From assembly GCA_964397805.1 (NCBI GenBank), contig CAYNKN010000001.1, positions 1 to 45,269 on the forward strand: a stretch of DNA of 45,269 nucleotides. Direction: 5' to 3'. This document shows positions 1 through 9,200 of the stretch, in pieces. How positions within the stretch are numbered: the stretch's first letter is position 1; each line of letters starts with the position of its first letter. The stretch is from an uncultured Chryseolinea sp. GTDB lineage: Bacteria > Bacteroidota > Bacteroidia > Cytophagales > Cyclobacteriaceae. The notes beneath the pieces were generated by a model. It was not told the origin of the DNA. It saw only the letters and a list, made by a program, of their open reading frames with translations, and did not search any database. The translations under genes were made by a program, and so were the position numbers.

Positions 1-1152
1 CATTCGAATTATGGGATCATCATCGTAAAGAAGAATTTCAGGCTGCGACCAAGAAATTTTCTTTCCTTTCGGACTATCGGTTTCTGTTCCCATGCAAACC
101 CACGCGGGGTTCCTATCAAAGTATCCGGTGGTACCAATATTGGGTTGGCTTTTAAGGACTAGCCCGCCATGGTTATTAAACCAATACAAAAATTTTCCAT
201 TGTTACATTTCCACGCAAAGTTTGCTGCGCGCGGCTGCTTTATTAATGTGCCGTCTGCGTACGTCATGTATTTTGGAGTATCCCAGGTACGGCCTTTATC
301 TCTGCTATAAGAATAGACCGAATGGCCATCAATTGAACGATATACAACAAAGAAAGAGCCATCGCTCAGCACTGAATAACTTTGTTCCTCTGCTATTGGG
401 CCACCTCCCGGAGGTGTTTTTAATCCTGTGTTTCCATCGGGGAGCGTTTCCCATTTAATTTTATCGGGATTTTGTTCTGTTAAAATATTGCTGCTTTTTA
501 AAAGTACGCCTTCGGTTGAGGTAAAAAATCCATCACCAAAGCCGCCTACTTTAGAAAGCGGAACGTATCCATTTTCCTGATCAATAAAAGCCTTTCCAAC
601 ATTCCAAAAGAATCGAATCTTACCACCGTATACGTTTTTTTTGTCGATGCTAAATTCGCGTACCGGTATCGTATAGCGTTTTGAAGACCATGTTACTCCA
701 TGATCGTCACTGAATCGGAAAACAAAATAGCCTTGTGAGTCCACTCGTTTAATGGAACCTCCTAAATCCGTTTTTATCTCTCTCACATTATCCGTGTTGT
801 GATTATAGAAGGCATAGACTCTTCCACTGGGTACTTTCAATACTACCGCGTAAGAAGCCTCTGGGCCGTTTATAGGTTCTAATGGAAGAAGTTTAGACCA
901 TGTTTTTCCCTGATCGAGGCTTCTAGTAACGGCTACATATTGACTTGAAGAACCCTCAATGCCAGCCGCAGTGGTTAAAATGCAGAGCAGGGCTCCATCA
1001 TTAGTTTTGATGAGGTAGGGCTGATCGCTATAGGTCTCATCGGGTATGACGTTACCATGTTTAATGTTCCGCCAATCGTTCGGAGTCTGAGCAGAAATAC
1101 TCTGAACGAAATAAAGTTGAATGATAATTAACAAGATGGCCTTGAGATTCAT
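1..1152 (-). CDS. Secreted BNR/Asp-box beta-propeller (sialidase-like fold) protein, 3'-truncated by window edge
   Basis: Not in ORF track. Manual translation from ATG at 1152 is open to position 1: MNLKAILLIIIQLYFVQSISAQ signal peptide, Asp-boxes SLDQGKTW, SDDHGVTW, SRDKGRTW. Confidence 0.85.
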   Translation of the reverse strand, partial: MNLKAILLIIIQLYFVQSISAQTPNDWRNIKHGNVIPDETYSDQPYLIKTNDGALLCILTTAAGIEGSSSQYVAVTRSLDQGKTWSKLLPLEPINGPEASYAVVLKVPSGRVYAFYNHNTDNVREIKTDLGGSIKRVDSQGYFVFRFSDDHGVTWSSKRYTIPVREFSIDKKNVYGGKIRFFWNVGKAFIDQENGYVPLSKVGGFGDGFFTSTEGVLLKSSNILTEQNPDKIKWETLPDGNTGLKTPPGGGPIAEEQSYSVLSDGSFFVVYRSIDGHSVYSYSRDKGRTWDTPKYMTYADGTLIKQPRAANFAWKCNNGKFLYWFNNHGGLVLKSQPNIGTTGYFDRNPAWVCMGTETDSPKGKKISWSQPEILLYDDDPIIRM

Positions 1153-1220
1153 TCTGACTATTTTTTAGGTTAAAGAATGGCTTTGAATTCCTTTAAAACA
1201 TGGCTTTTGCGAAATCGATT

Positions 1221-1286
1221 GCAAAATGTCGAGAAATCTGTAGCAAGTCTTGCTCTTTTCTACCAAATTGTGGTGTTTAATTAACC
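1221..1286 (-). promoter_or_regulatory. Degenerate copy of the 66-bp upstream module (putative activator site plus promoter)
   Basis: Minus strand reads GGTTAA..ACAAT..ACATTTTGC with the same 66-nt span as the copies at 4257 and 5901; lies upstream of the Asp-box gene and divergent from araC. Confidence 0.4.
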
Positions 1287-1327
1287 CACTTAGACTCCAA
1301 TTAAGTTTTATCAGATAATTTGAGCGC

Positions 1328-2197
1328 ATGGAACCACGTCTTTTAACGCATGTAAAACCTTCAGAGGGCTCCTTTAAGGCTTGGCATAATGGCAATCCCT
1401 ACCGAGCTAATCCGTGGCATTATCATCCCGAATTTGAAATCACTCTAATCGAAAGTGGTGCAGGTACTTTTTTTGTTGGAGATCATATTGAGCATTATGA
1501 CAATAACGATTTGGTTTTATTGGGTGGCAACCTTCCTCATGAATGGAGGATTTCACTCGAACGCGATGACTATATAAACACCGAGAGCAGTATTGCTATT
1601 CACTTCCTGCCCGATTTTGTAGGCGATCATTTTCTTAGTTTACCAGAGACTTTAAAATTTAAAAATCTGTTGGAACGCGCACGCTTCGGTTTAAAGTTTA
1701 CGAACAAAGAAACGATTGCGGAAGTGCAACATCTCATTCGGCAAATGCTGTCGTTACAGGGCCTCAAAAAGATGGTTAATTTTTTGAACGTCATTGAGTG
1801 CCTTGCATCAGATTCAACCAGTAAGCAGCTTTGCAGCCCCGGCTTTACGCAGACCTTTCAAAATATGGAGACTGAAAAAATTAGTGTTGTTTTTCAATAT
1901 CTGATGAAGAATTTTAAGCATGATATTTCGCTTGAGGAAGTTTCTGATAAAACCTGCATGACTCCTAATGCATTTTGTCGATGGTTTAAAAAGAGCAGTG
2001 GAAAAACGTTCATTGAGTACCTCAATGAAGTTAGAACGGGGTACTCAAAAAAATTACTTCAAGGCGACAATTTGAGTATTTCACAAATTGCCTTTGAGGC
2101 AGGCTTCAGAAATATTTCTAATTTCAATAAACGATTCAAAAACATCCACGGGCTTACTCCGTCTGAATACAGAAGCCTTTTAAACAAAACGAGATGA
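1328..2197 (+). CDS. AraC family transcriptional regulator with cupin sensor domain
   Basis: N-terminal WHYHPEFEITLI cupin motif; C-terminal double HTH (ISQIAFEAGFRNISNFNKRFK...TPSEYR). Confidence 0.95.
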   Translation: MEPRLLTHVKPSEGSFKAWHNGNPYRANPWHYHPEFEITLIESGAGTFFVGDHIEHYDNNDLVLLGGNLPHEWRISLERDDYINTESSIAIHFLPDFVGDHFLSLPETLKFKNLLERARFGLKFTNKETIAEVQHLIRQMLSLQGLKKMVNFLNVIECLASDSTSKQLCSPGFTQTFQNMETEKISVVFQYLMKNFKHDISLEEVSDKTCMTPNAFCRWFKKSSGKTFIEYLNEVRTGYSKKLLQGDNLSISQIAFEAGFRNISNFNKRFKNIHGLTPSEYRSLLNKTR

Positions 2198-2279
2198 GTT
2201 TAGTTGTTTGAGGCTTTCTTTTGATTACTTCCTTCTTTCAATTACAGGATTAAGAGCTAAGAAAATCAATTCAATTTCA

Positions 2280-2522
2280 ATGCAGAATAAACTTTCACAC
2301 TATCTATCTACCGGACTAAATATTGGTGCACTATCCTCTTTACTTTTGGCCGGATGCGAGAGCAAAAAAATAATTTCGGTAATTGATCGTTCGCCTGGGT
2401 ACGAAATAGCATGCTACTATTTTCCTAACTATCATGTAAACGACAACCGCAATGCTGCCTCAAAAGGGGCAGGCTGGAGCGAGTGGGAATTGGTCTGGTT
2501 ATCTCACTGCTGTATGAAGTAG
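2280..2522 (+). pseudogene. N-terminal remnant of a GH99-like/WbsX-type glycoside hydrolase lipoprotein
   Basis: Lipobox LLAGC, then IACYYFPNYH...GWSEWELV typical of the start of this family; similarity ends about 2495 and the frame stops at 2522. Confidence 0.65.
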
Positions 2523-2661
2523 ATAAATCAGCCGCAGTAATGTTGAGCAAACTTCCACAGAAGGGTAATCAAAATACCTGAGCTGCGGGTAGGTTGTCGG
2601 CAATTAAATTGGTCGGGAGTACTTGTGCCGAAAAAGTATACTGCGGGAGTTGGTGAATATG

Positions 2662-4104
2662 TTAGAGTGCCTCTAACTTCTTTTCAAGCGGTGAGGTTTG
2701 TGGAATATTATTATCATTCAACTTTTGTCCATACGTTTTAAAATGCAATCCCAACTCATTTTGTTTTGTACTCTTTTGACCGTGCAGGTGCAAAAATGCT
2801 CCTAATGCAGTGGATTGAGGTAGATATGATGCTATTACTTTTTTCTGGTATAGAGAATACGCCAGAACATTCATGAAAATTGTATTTTTTGCAAAGCCGC
2901 CATCAACAAAAAAAGTTTTTACTCTTGGTGCATCGATTAACTGGATGGATGTTTTCAACAAGGCAACTAATTCATAAATCAGACTGTGGTAAGCTTCCTC
3001 TGCATTCTGGAATACCGATAAGTTCCATTCTTTATCTGGGTGTTGTGGAATGGGTCCGCTGCCAACGATGCATGAAGCATAAAAAATAGTTCTGACTTCG
3101 GTTTGTACCTTCCAAAAAAGTTTTTCGCTAAACTCGAGAGCCGCGTTAAAATCAGGAGCAACGTTAAAAAATTTGGCGATTCGTTTAGTTTGCTGATCAT
3201 GTTCTTGTCCAAGAAGCAATCGTGAAGCTTTTACGGGATTACCGTTTGTTTGCAAATAACATACGCAATCTTTGTTTAATTGATCGGTCGTTAAGGGAGT
3301 ATTACTAAAGGGGTTGAGTTGTATACTCCAGGTGCCCGTAGAGATAAGGATGAAACTTGTATTGGTGATATTTAAGTACGGAATTAAAGCCGCAGAGCTA
3401 TCGTGCAATCCAAATCCGACTTTTATGAACGTTCCGTTTGCACGACTCTTTAATGTGAAACGTTCTGTTGTGATGGGCGGCAATTTGGAACTGAATTCAT
3501 TTTTCACCCAACTACAGTACTGAAACCTTTTAAAATTCCATAACGCAGTGTGGCACCCTATTGATGTGTACTCACTGGCTCGTTTACCAGAAATTAAGTA
3601 GGCGAGATATTGGGGTAAGTGTAATGAATGTTCTATTTTTTCCCAGACTTCGCGTTTACATTTTTTTAACCAATAAAGTTGTAGTCCCGAATTTAACATA
3701 CCAAGTTTGGGCGAGCAGGTATAGTGCATAAATTGCTTTAGGCTATCACCTGATCTACCCCTGATTTCTGCATAGAATTTTTTGCTGATATCTTTTGGTA
3801 TGGGTCTTAGGTAATCATAAAGAGGAGTTGCAATTTTTCCATTTTTTTCCAAGTGAACAAAGCTTGCACCAAAGGATGTAAAATTTATTCCGATTACTTT
3901 AAGATCTTTTGCCTTCAACAATTTATTGAATTCTGACTTTACCCATTTGGAGATTGCATGGATATCTTCACACGGAAATCCATCTTCGTCTTTTAGCATT
4001 GAAAATTGAATGACTATTTCTTTTTGAATATTTCCTTCGCTATCAAATAGAAGTAATTTTTTATTGGTTTTACCAATGTCGAAAATGGCCGTTACTTCTG
4101 TCAT
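2662..4104 (-). CDS. FGGY-family carbohydrate kinase (rhamnulokinase/fuculokinase-like)
   Basis: N-terminal IFDIGKTNKK phosphate-1 motif, GLHDSSAA, ISTGTW, VDGGFAKN motifs. Confidence 0.9.
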   Translation of the reverse strand: MTEVTAIFDIGKTNKKLLLFDSEGNIQKEIVIQFSMLKDEDGFPCEDIHAISKWVKSEFNKLLKAKDLKVIGINFTSFGASFVHLEKNGKIATPLYDYLRPIPKDISKKFYAEIRGRSGDSLKQFMHYTCSPKLGMLNSGLQLYWLKKCKREVWEKIEHSLHLPQYLAYLISGKRASEYTSIGCHTALWNFKRFQYCSWVKNEFSSKLPPITTERFTLKSRANGTFIKVGFGLHDSSAALIPYLNITNTSFILISTGTWSIQLNPFSNTPLTTDQLNKDCVCYLQTNGNPVKASRLLLGQEHDQQTKRIAKFFNVAPDFNAALEFSEKLFWKVQTEVRTIFYASCIVGSGPIPQHPDKEWNLSVFQNAEEAYHSLIYELVALLKTSIQLIDAPRVKTFFVDGGFAKNTIFMNVLAYSLYQKKVIASYLPQSTALGAFLHLHGQKSTKQNELGLHFKTYGQKLNDNNIPQTSPLEKKLEAL

Positions 4105-4256
4105 AATCTTGCCGAACGCTTGTTCCTAATTTAATCATGCTACACTTTGGTATAGATGTTTACGAAATCTCTTATTTAGTCTTACGCAGAATGATAAATT
4201 TAATACACGAACAATACAAAAACTTTCTGTTTTCTTTATTTGTAGCTTTTCAATAC

Positions 4257-4322
4257 GGTTAAGAAAGTATTACAATGGGTTAAAATGTTAGCAACTTAAG
4301 CTTGAGATTTGAAACATCTTGC
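4257..4322 (+). promoter_or_regulatory. 66-bp upstream module, copy A (21-bp-period direct repeat plus conserved ATTTGAAACATCTTGC)
   Basis: 52/66 ungapped identity (hand count) with 5901..5966; GGTTAA at 4257 and 4278; about 60 bp before the GH43 ATG. Confidence 0.7.
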
Positions 4323-4382
4323 TCCACTGAGAACACGAGAATGTATCGAACTAGAACTAAATTAAGACAAATCAATTTTCAT

Positions 4383-5846
4383 ATGAATAGCATAAAATAT
4401 TGGGTGTTCATCGCCTTATCTTTTTTTCAACTTGAAGGTTCGGCTCAGCAGCTCACGGTGAGTAACGTTCTTCCAAGAACTGATACAAAGGGAAAAATAG
4501 TGGATGCCCATGACGGAAGAGTAGCCCAATTCGGAGATAAGTTTTATTGGTATGGAACTGCCTACGGAACGACAAGCGGGTTTACCAAGGCCAATTTTTT
4601 TCAGGCATATAGTTCTTCTGATTTAAACCAGTGGAAACACGAAGGCAAACTATTGGAAAACCCACCAGAAGGCGTCTATTACAGACCCCATGTAATCTTC
4701 AACGCAAAGGCAAAGCTGTACGTGTTGTGGTACAATTGGTACCCAAAACTTTGGGATGGGCAGATAGGTGTAGCTGTAAGTAAATCGCCAACTGGACCCT
4801 TTAAAATAAAAAATGACAACGTACAATTAAAAAACTCTGAAATGGGGGTGGGCGATTTTTTCTTGTTTACGGATGAAGACGGAACGGCATACTTTTCATA
4901 CAACACAATTAAAGGACATAAGATTTACATTGAGAAATTGTCTAGTGACTATTTATATTCCACACAAGAGAGTAGTGTCGATATCGCCAGCGGATGCGAA
5001 GCCAGCGCATTGTTTAAAAGAGAAGGAAAATATTACTTATTGACGGACAAAACGTGTTGTTTCTGTGGAAACGGAACAGGAGCCAGGTACTATGTTTCTA
5101 CTACTCCTCTAAGCGGATATCAGTATGGCGGCAACATAAACCGACATCCGGGCACACCACAATTGGCCGCGGTTGATGGTGAGAAAAAAGGAGTAGGCCG
5201 GGTTGCACTCAACAAAGAAAGTTTTTTAACGGTTTCAACACCCGATATACATGTGATTGATTCCATTAAAATAGTAGTGCTTACAGAGAGCAAGAGAACG
5301 CATTGCGACCCGGTAAATGAAGCTACTATCAAACACCCTGATTATTCCCTTGTGCCTGAATTCAACATCTTTAGAAGCGGGACTGCCGGGATGAAAAAAA
5401 TAAATATCCAAAAAATTACCCAAACCAATCAGAATGTTACAGAGTCAGTTACGCTTCACATATCACCTCAGGCAATGGATGAAGTTAAAATCCAGTTCGA
5501 AAAATTTGCTTTCGATAAAGTGAATATTGCTGAGATTGAAATTTTCAGTAAAGGAGAAAACGTTGCTTTAAGTTATAAAGGCGGTTTAAGTTTTATGGCT
5601 GCAACTTCTTCATTAGAAGAGGAAAGTAAAAATCCAGTCATCATACCGGCTCAGCAAACTTCGATTCTTCAAATTAAAACCCATCAGGGAACAAAGTTTG
5701 TGTGGATGGGCGATATGTGGGGAAGCCGCCCCGACAATGTAAAAGGCCATGACTTTCAATATTGGAGCGATCCTATGGAGTTTGATGAGAATAGTTTTAT
5801 AAAACCATTGAAGTGGAAAGACAGTTGGAGTCTATCGTTGAAGTAG
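4383..5846 (+). CDS. Glycoside hydrolase family 43 (GH43_24-like) with inserted accessory domain
   Basis: Signal peptide from ATG 4383; DAHDG, FYWYGT, RPHVIFN, GDFFLFTDEDG, EASALFKR, AQQT, WMGDMW motifs of a 5-bladed propeller. Confidence 0.85.
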   Translation: MNSIKYWVFIALSFFQLEGSAQQLTVSNVLPRTDTKGKIVDAHDGRVAQFGDKFYWYGTAYGTTSGFTKANFFQAYSSSDLNQWKHEGKLLENPPEGVYYRPHVIFNAKAKLYVLWYNWYPKLWDGQIGVAVSKSPTGPFKIKNDNVQLKNSEMGVGDFFLFTDEDGTAYFSYNTIKGHKIYIEKLSSDYLYSTQESSVDIASGCEASALFKREGKYYLLTDKTCCFCGNGTGARYYVSTTPLSGYQYGGNINRHPGTPQLAAVDGEKKGVGRVALNKESFLTVSTPDIHVIDSIKIVVLTESKRTHCDPVNEATIKHPDYSLVPEFNIFRSGTAGMKKINIQKITQTNQNVTESVTLHISPQAMDEVKIQFEKFAFDKVNIAEIEIFSKGENVALSYKGGLSFMAATSSLEEESKNPVIIPAQQTSILQIKTHQGTKFVWMGDMWGSRPDNVKGHDFQYWSDPMEFDENSFIKPLKWKDSWSLSLK

Positions 5847-5900
5847 AAATTGGCAATTCGAATCAGGAAGATGAAAACCACTTTTGCATTCATTCAACAA

Positions 5901-5966
5901 GGTTAGGATAGTATTAGAATAGGTTAATTAGTTCGCAGATTAAGCTCAGTATTTGAAACATCTTGC
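5901..5966 (+). promoter_or_regulatory. 66-bp upstream module, copy B
   Basis: GGTTA at 5901 and 5922 (21-bp period); near-identical to 4257..4322; upstream of GH3. Confidence 0.7.
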
Positions 5967-6089
5967 CAGACTTAAAAGGATGATCTTTCCTTTTGAGGCT
6001 AATTTTTTATTGATCCTGCGTATGGGTAAAAGAATTTGCCTGTTCAATTGATCCGATTAATTTACTTCAAAAAACTATATAGTGCTGCC

Positions 6090-8447
6090 ATGCAAAAGCG
6101 ACTGATTTATCTTCGATACCAATTCTACTTTGTTCTCGCATCAATTTTATTATTGAGTTGTAAATCAGAGGTTGATACTCTTCCGCCTTATAAAAACGCT
6201 GATCTTGTTGTTGACTTAAGAGTAAAAGATTTACTCTCCCGCATGACGTTAGAAGAAAAAGTTGCGCAGCTTACTTCGCTTGACGAGTATCGATTGGATA
6301 GGTATGATAGCATTCTTGTTTTAGACGAGCAAGGTAATTTCACTTCCGTTTTCAAGGAAAGACTAAAACATGGAATAGGAGAGTTTAGCCGACCTGCAGG
6401 AAATTTGCTGCGGTTAGATCGTCCGTCATATCGAAGCAAACCCAGTGAGGTGGCCAAATTTACAAACCAACTCCAAAAGTATGTGTTAGAAAACACACGA
6501 CTTGGAATTCCCATCATGTTTCATGAAGAAGCACTACATGGATTGGCATCAGTTGATGCTACGGTATTCCCACAGGCAATTTCTTTGGCAAGCACATGGG
6601 AGCCAGCGCTAATTCAGGATGTATTTAGCTGCGTGGCTAAAGAAGTAAGAGCGATTGGTGCACAACATGCGCTAACGCCAGTGTTGGATATTGCACGTGA
6701 TCTCCGTTGGGGGCGTGTCGAAGAAACGTACGGAGAGGATCCATTTCTTGCCGGTGAAATCGGTGTTGCATGCATCAAAGGTTTTCAGGGAGGAACTACG
6801 CAAATTGATGGCGATCATATAATCGCTACTCTTAAACATTTTGCCGTGCATGGTCAGCCAGAAGGCGGGCTCAATATTGCCCCAGGTAATTACTCAGAGC
6901 GGGTTATTCGCGAGCAATTTCTTCCACCTTTCGAGCGCGCTGTCCGCGAAGCAGGAGCACTCTCCATCATGGCTGCGTATTCGGAAGTAGATGGTATTCC
7001 GTGTCACGCCAACCATTGGTTGTTAAAAGATGTCTTGCGCAACGAATGGGGATTTAATGGAATGGTCATTTCAGATTATGAAGGCATAAACAAGCTAAAG
7101 TCAGATCATAGAATAGTGAACGATTTAAGCGAAGCCGCAAAGACTGCGCTGGAGGCAGGAGTTGATTTGGAATTGCCAAGTTCAATGTGTTACCCGCTGT
7201 TGGCAGAATTGGTTGCGAATGGCTCGGTAGATGAAAAAATCATTGATCAGTCCGTTGCAAGAATACTGCGCATGAAATTTTTAACAGGCTTGTTTGAAAA
7301 CCCGTACGTTGATGAAGCCAAAGCAGACAATATTTTAGGTAATGAAAAACATGCAGAATTGGCTTTAGAGGCAGCAAGAAAATCGATAATCTTACTTAAG
7401 AATGACAAGGAGTTGCTTCCTTTGCAAACAGATAAATATAAGACAATAGCCGTTATCGGCCCCAATGCTGCGCCATGCGTTTTAGGAGGATATAGTGGTA
7501 AGCCGCGCACGGAAGTAGGTTTGCTGGAAGGCTTAAAATTAAAAATCGGAGATAAAGTAAATGTGTCGTATGCAAAGGGTTGTGAGATTACCATACCCAA
7601 TCCAACGAACCGTAAAAAGCCATCATTAACTTCAATTGAAATTGATAATGCATTAATTGCAGAGGCAGTAGCCGTGGCTCGGAAAGCAGATATTGTGATA
7701 CTCGCAGTTGGGGGCAACGAACACGACACCAGTGAAGGTGGTGACCGAAACAGTCTCCAATTTGTAGGTAATCAAGACAAGCTTGTTAAAGCAATTTACG
7801 AAACGAAAGTTCCTGTTGTGGCTGTGCTAATTAACGGAAGACCCATTACTGATACTTTTTTGGCTGAAAAAATTCCGGCTATTTTGGAATGCTGGTATGG
7901 CGGGCAACACTCCGGAACAGCCATTGCAGAGGTGCTTTTTGGCGCTGTAAACCCAGGTGGCAAACTACCTTTAACCATTCCCAGGTCAGTTGGAGATTTA
8001 CCTTCATACTATTATAAAAAGCCCTCGCAGAATCGCGCTTATTTGTTTTCTGACAATTCCCCGCTTTATCCTTTTGGTTATGGATTAAGTTATACAACCT
8101 TTCAATTTGATAAACTCATGCTGAGCAAAAGTGAAATGGATAGAAACGATTCAACGGTAGTTTCAATCAATATTACTAACACAGGAAAAGTGACGGGCGA
8201 TGAAGTTGTTCAACTTTATATTCGCGATGTGGTGAGTAGTGTTACGCGACCCATAAAAGAACTCAAAGGGTTTAAACGACTAACCCTTAAACCCGGTCAA
8301 ACTGAAACGTGTTCGTTTTCCATTACTCCTGATCAACTTTCTTTTTTAGATGGGAATATGAAGAAAATTGTAGAGCCAGGAATATTTCAGATAATGGTTG
8401 GAAATAGCTCCATGTCACTAGACACAATAGAATTAAAAGTGCGTTAA
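6090..8447 (+). CDS. GH3 beta-glucosidase/beta-xylosidase (BglX-like), lipoprotein
   Basis: Lipobox LLSC; EALHG, RWGRVEETYGED, KHFA, ISDY nucleophile motif; C-terminal Fn3-like EVVQLY...KELKGF. ATG 6090 preferred over upstream TTG. Confidence 0.95.
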   Translation: MQKRLIYLRYQFYFVLASILLLSCKSEVDTLPPYKNADLVVDLRVKDLLSRMTLEEKVAQLTSLDEYRLDRYDSILVLDEQGNFTSVFKERLKHGIGEFSRPAGNLLRLDRPSYRSKPSEVAKFTNQLQKYVLENTRLGIPIMFHEEALHGLASVDATVFPQAISLASTWEPALIQDVFSCVAKEVRAIGAQHALTPVLDIARDLRWGRVEETYGEDPFLAGEIGVACIKGFQGGTTQIDGDHIIATLKHFAVHGQPEGGLNIAPGNYSERVIREQFLPPFERAVREAGALSIMAAYSEVDGIPCHANHWLLKDVLRNEWGFNGMVISDYEGINKLKSDHRIVNDLSEAAKTALEAGVDLELPSSMCYPLLAELVANGSVDEKIIDQSVARILRMKFLTGLFENPYVDEAKADNILGNEKHAELALEAARKSIILLKNDKELLPLQTDKYKTIAVIGPNAAPCVLGGYSGKPRTEVGLLEGLKLKIGDKVNVSYAKGCEITIPNPTNRKKPSLTSIEIDNALIAEAVAVARKADIVILAVGGNEHDTSEGGDRNSLQFVGNQDKLVKAIYETKVPVVAVLINGRPITDTFLAEKIPAILECWYGGQHSGTAIAEVLFGAVNPGGKLPLTIPRSVGDLPSYYYKKPSQNRAYLFSDNSPLYPFGYGLSYTTFQFDKLMLSKSEMDRNDSTVVSINITNTGKVTGDEVVQLYIRDVVSSVTRPIKELKGFKRLTLKPGQTETCSFSITPDQLSFLDGNMKKIVEPGIFQIMVGNSSMSLDTIELKVR

Positions 8448-8512
8448 GTTCAGCAATGCAAAAAGAATCGAACAACACGCGCATTAATGATTTAAACATT
8501 AACAGTTAACGA

Positions 8513-9157
8513 ATGAAGACTTTACAACGAAGATTAATTCTTGCATTACTTTTTCTTTCAGCTGTGAATCTATACGCACAGCGTAAGGAAAGAAAAAACG
8601 AATTTGCTGTTCTATTTGGGCTAAATCAACCATTGCTTGTCAATGGATTTAACATCGAGGTGAATTACTTCACTCCAAAATTTGTCTTCGATTATTCGCA
8701 TGGTATCTCGTTGGATTTAAAAGGAGATTTAGTAACCGAGGAAATGAAAACTCAAAAACTGGTGGCGCATATCCCTTACTCTACAGGTTTTGGTGCAGGT
8801 TATCGAATTTCAAAATTCTTTAACCTCCGCATTGAACCCAAGTGGCATAAGTTTGAAATTTACTACGAAGGCGAACCGCAAACTGAATCTAACCTCATCA
8901 ACGCCTATACTACCTTTACGCTTGGCTTAGGACTGTACGGTAAATGGATGCCATTCGACAAAAAGGAAAGTTTTATCCGAAACATTATGATTGCACCCAG
9001 TGTGCGCTTTTGGCCTAACCTGTCTACTTCACTATCGGATGACGAGTTTAATTACGAAAACAAGTATACCGGACAAACCGAAACGCAGGAAGCATTGCGT
9101 ATTGGAGTGGGCAATACACCCTGGATTATAAATGTTAGTGTAGGGTATCGCTTTTAG
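8513..9157 (+). CDS. Hypothetical outer-membrane beta-barrel protein
   Basis: Signal peptide, amphipathic beta strands, C-terminal VSVGYRF Bam-type signature. Confidence 0.7.
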   Translation: MKTLQRRLILALLFLSAVNLYAQRKERKNEFAVLFGLNQPLLVNGFNIEVNYFTPKFVFDYSHGISLDLKGDLVTEEMKTQKLVAHIPYSTGFGAGYRISKFFNLRIEPKWHKFEIYYEGEPQTESNLINAYTTFTLGLGLYGKWMPFDKKESFIRNIMIAPSVRFWPNLSTSLSDDEFNYENKYTGQTETQEALRIGVGNTPWIINVSVGYRF

Positions 9158-9200
9158 TGTGTTTCTATTGATGGCCGTTTGAGTTCTTTACATTTCTCCA

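Noticed and set aside
92-458. Two short plus-strand ORFs
   Set aside because: Antisense shadows of the minus-strand Asp-box gene; no recognisable motifs.
1165-1395. 76-aa minus-strand ORF
   Set aside because: Spans the divergent promoter and overlaps araC; no protein-like features.
2495-2660. Possible further gene remnant between the GH99-like fragment and the FGGY kinase
   Set aside because: Translated by hand on both strands; no recognisable motif.
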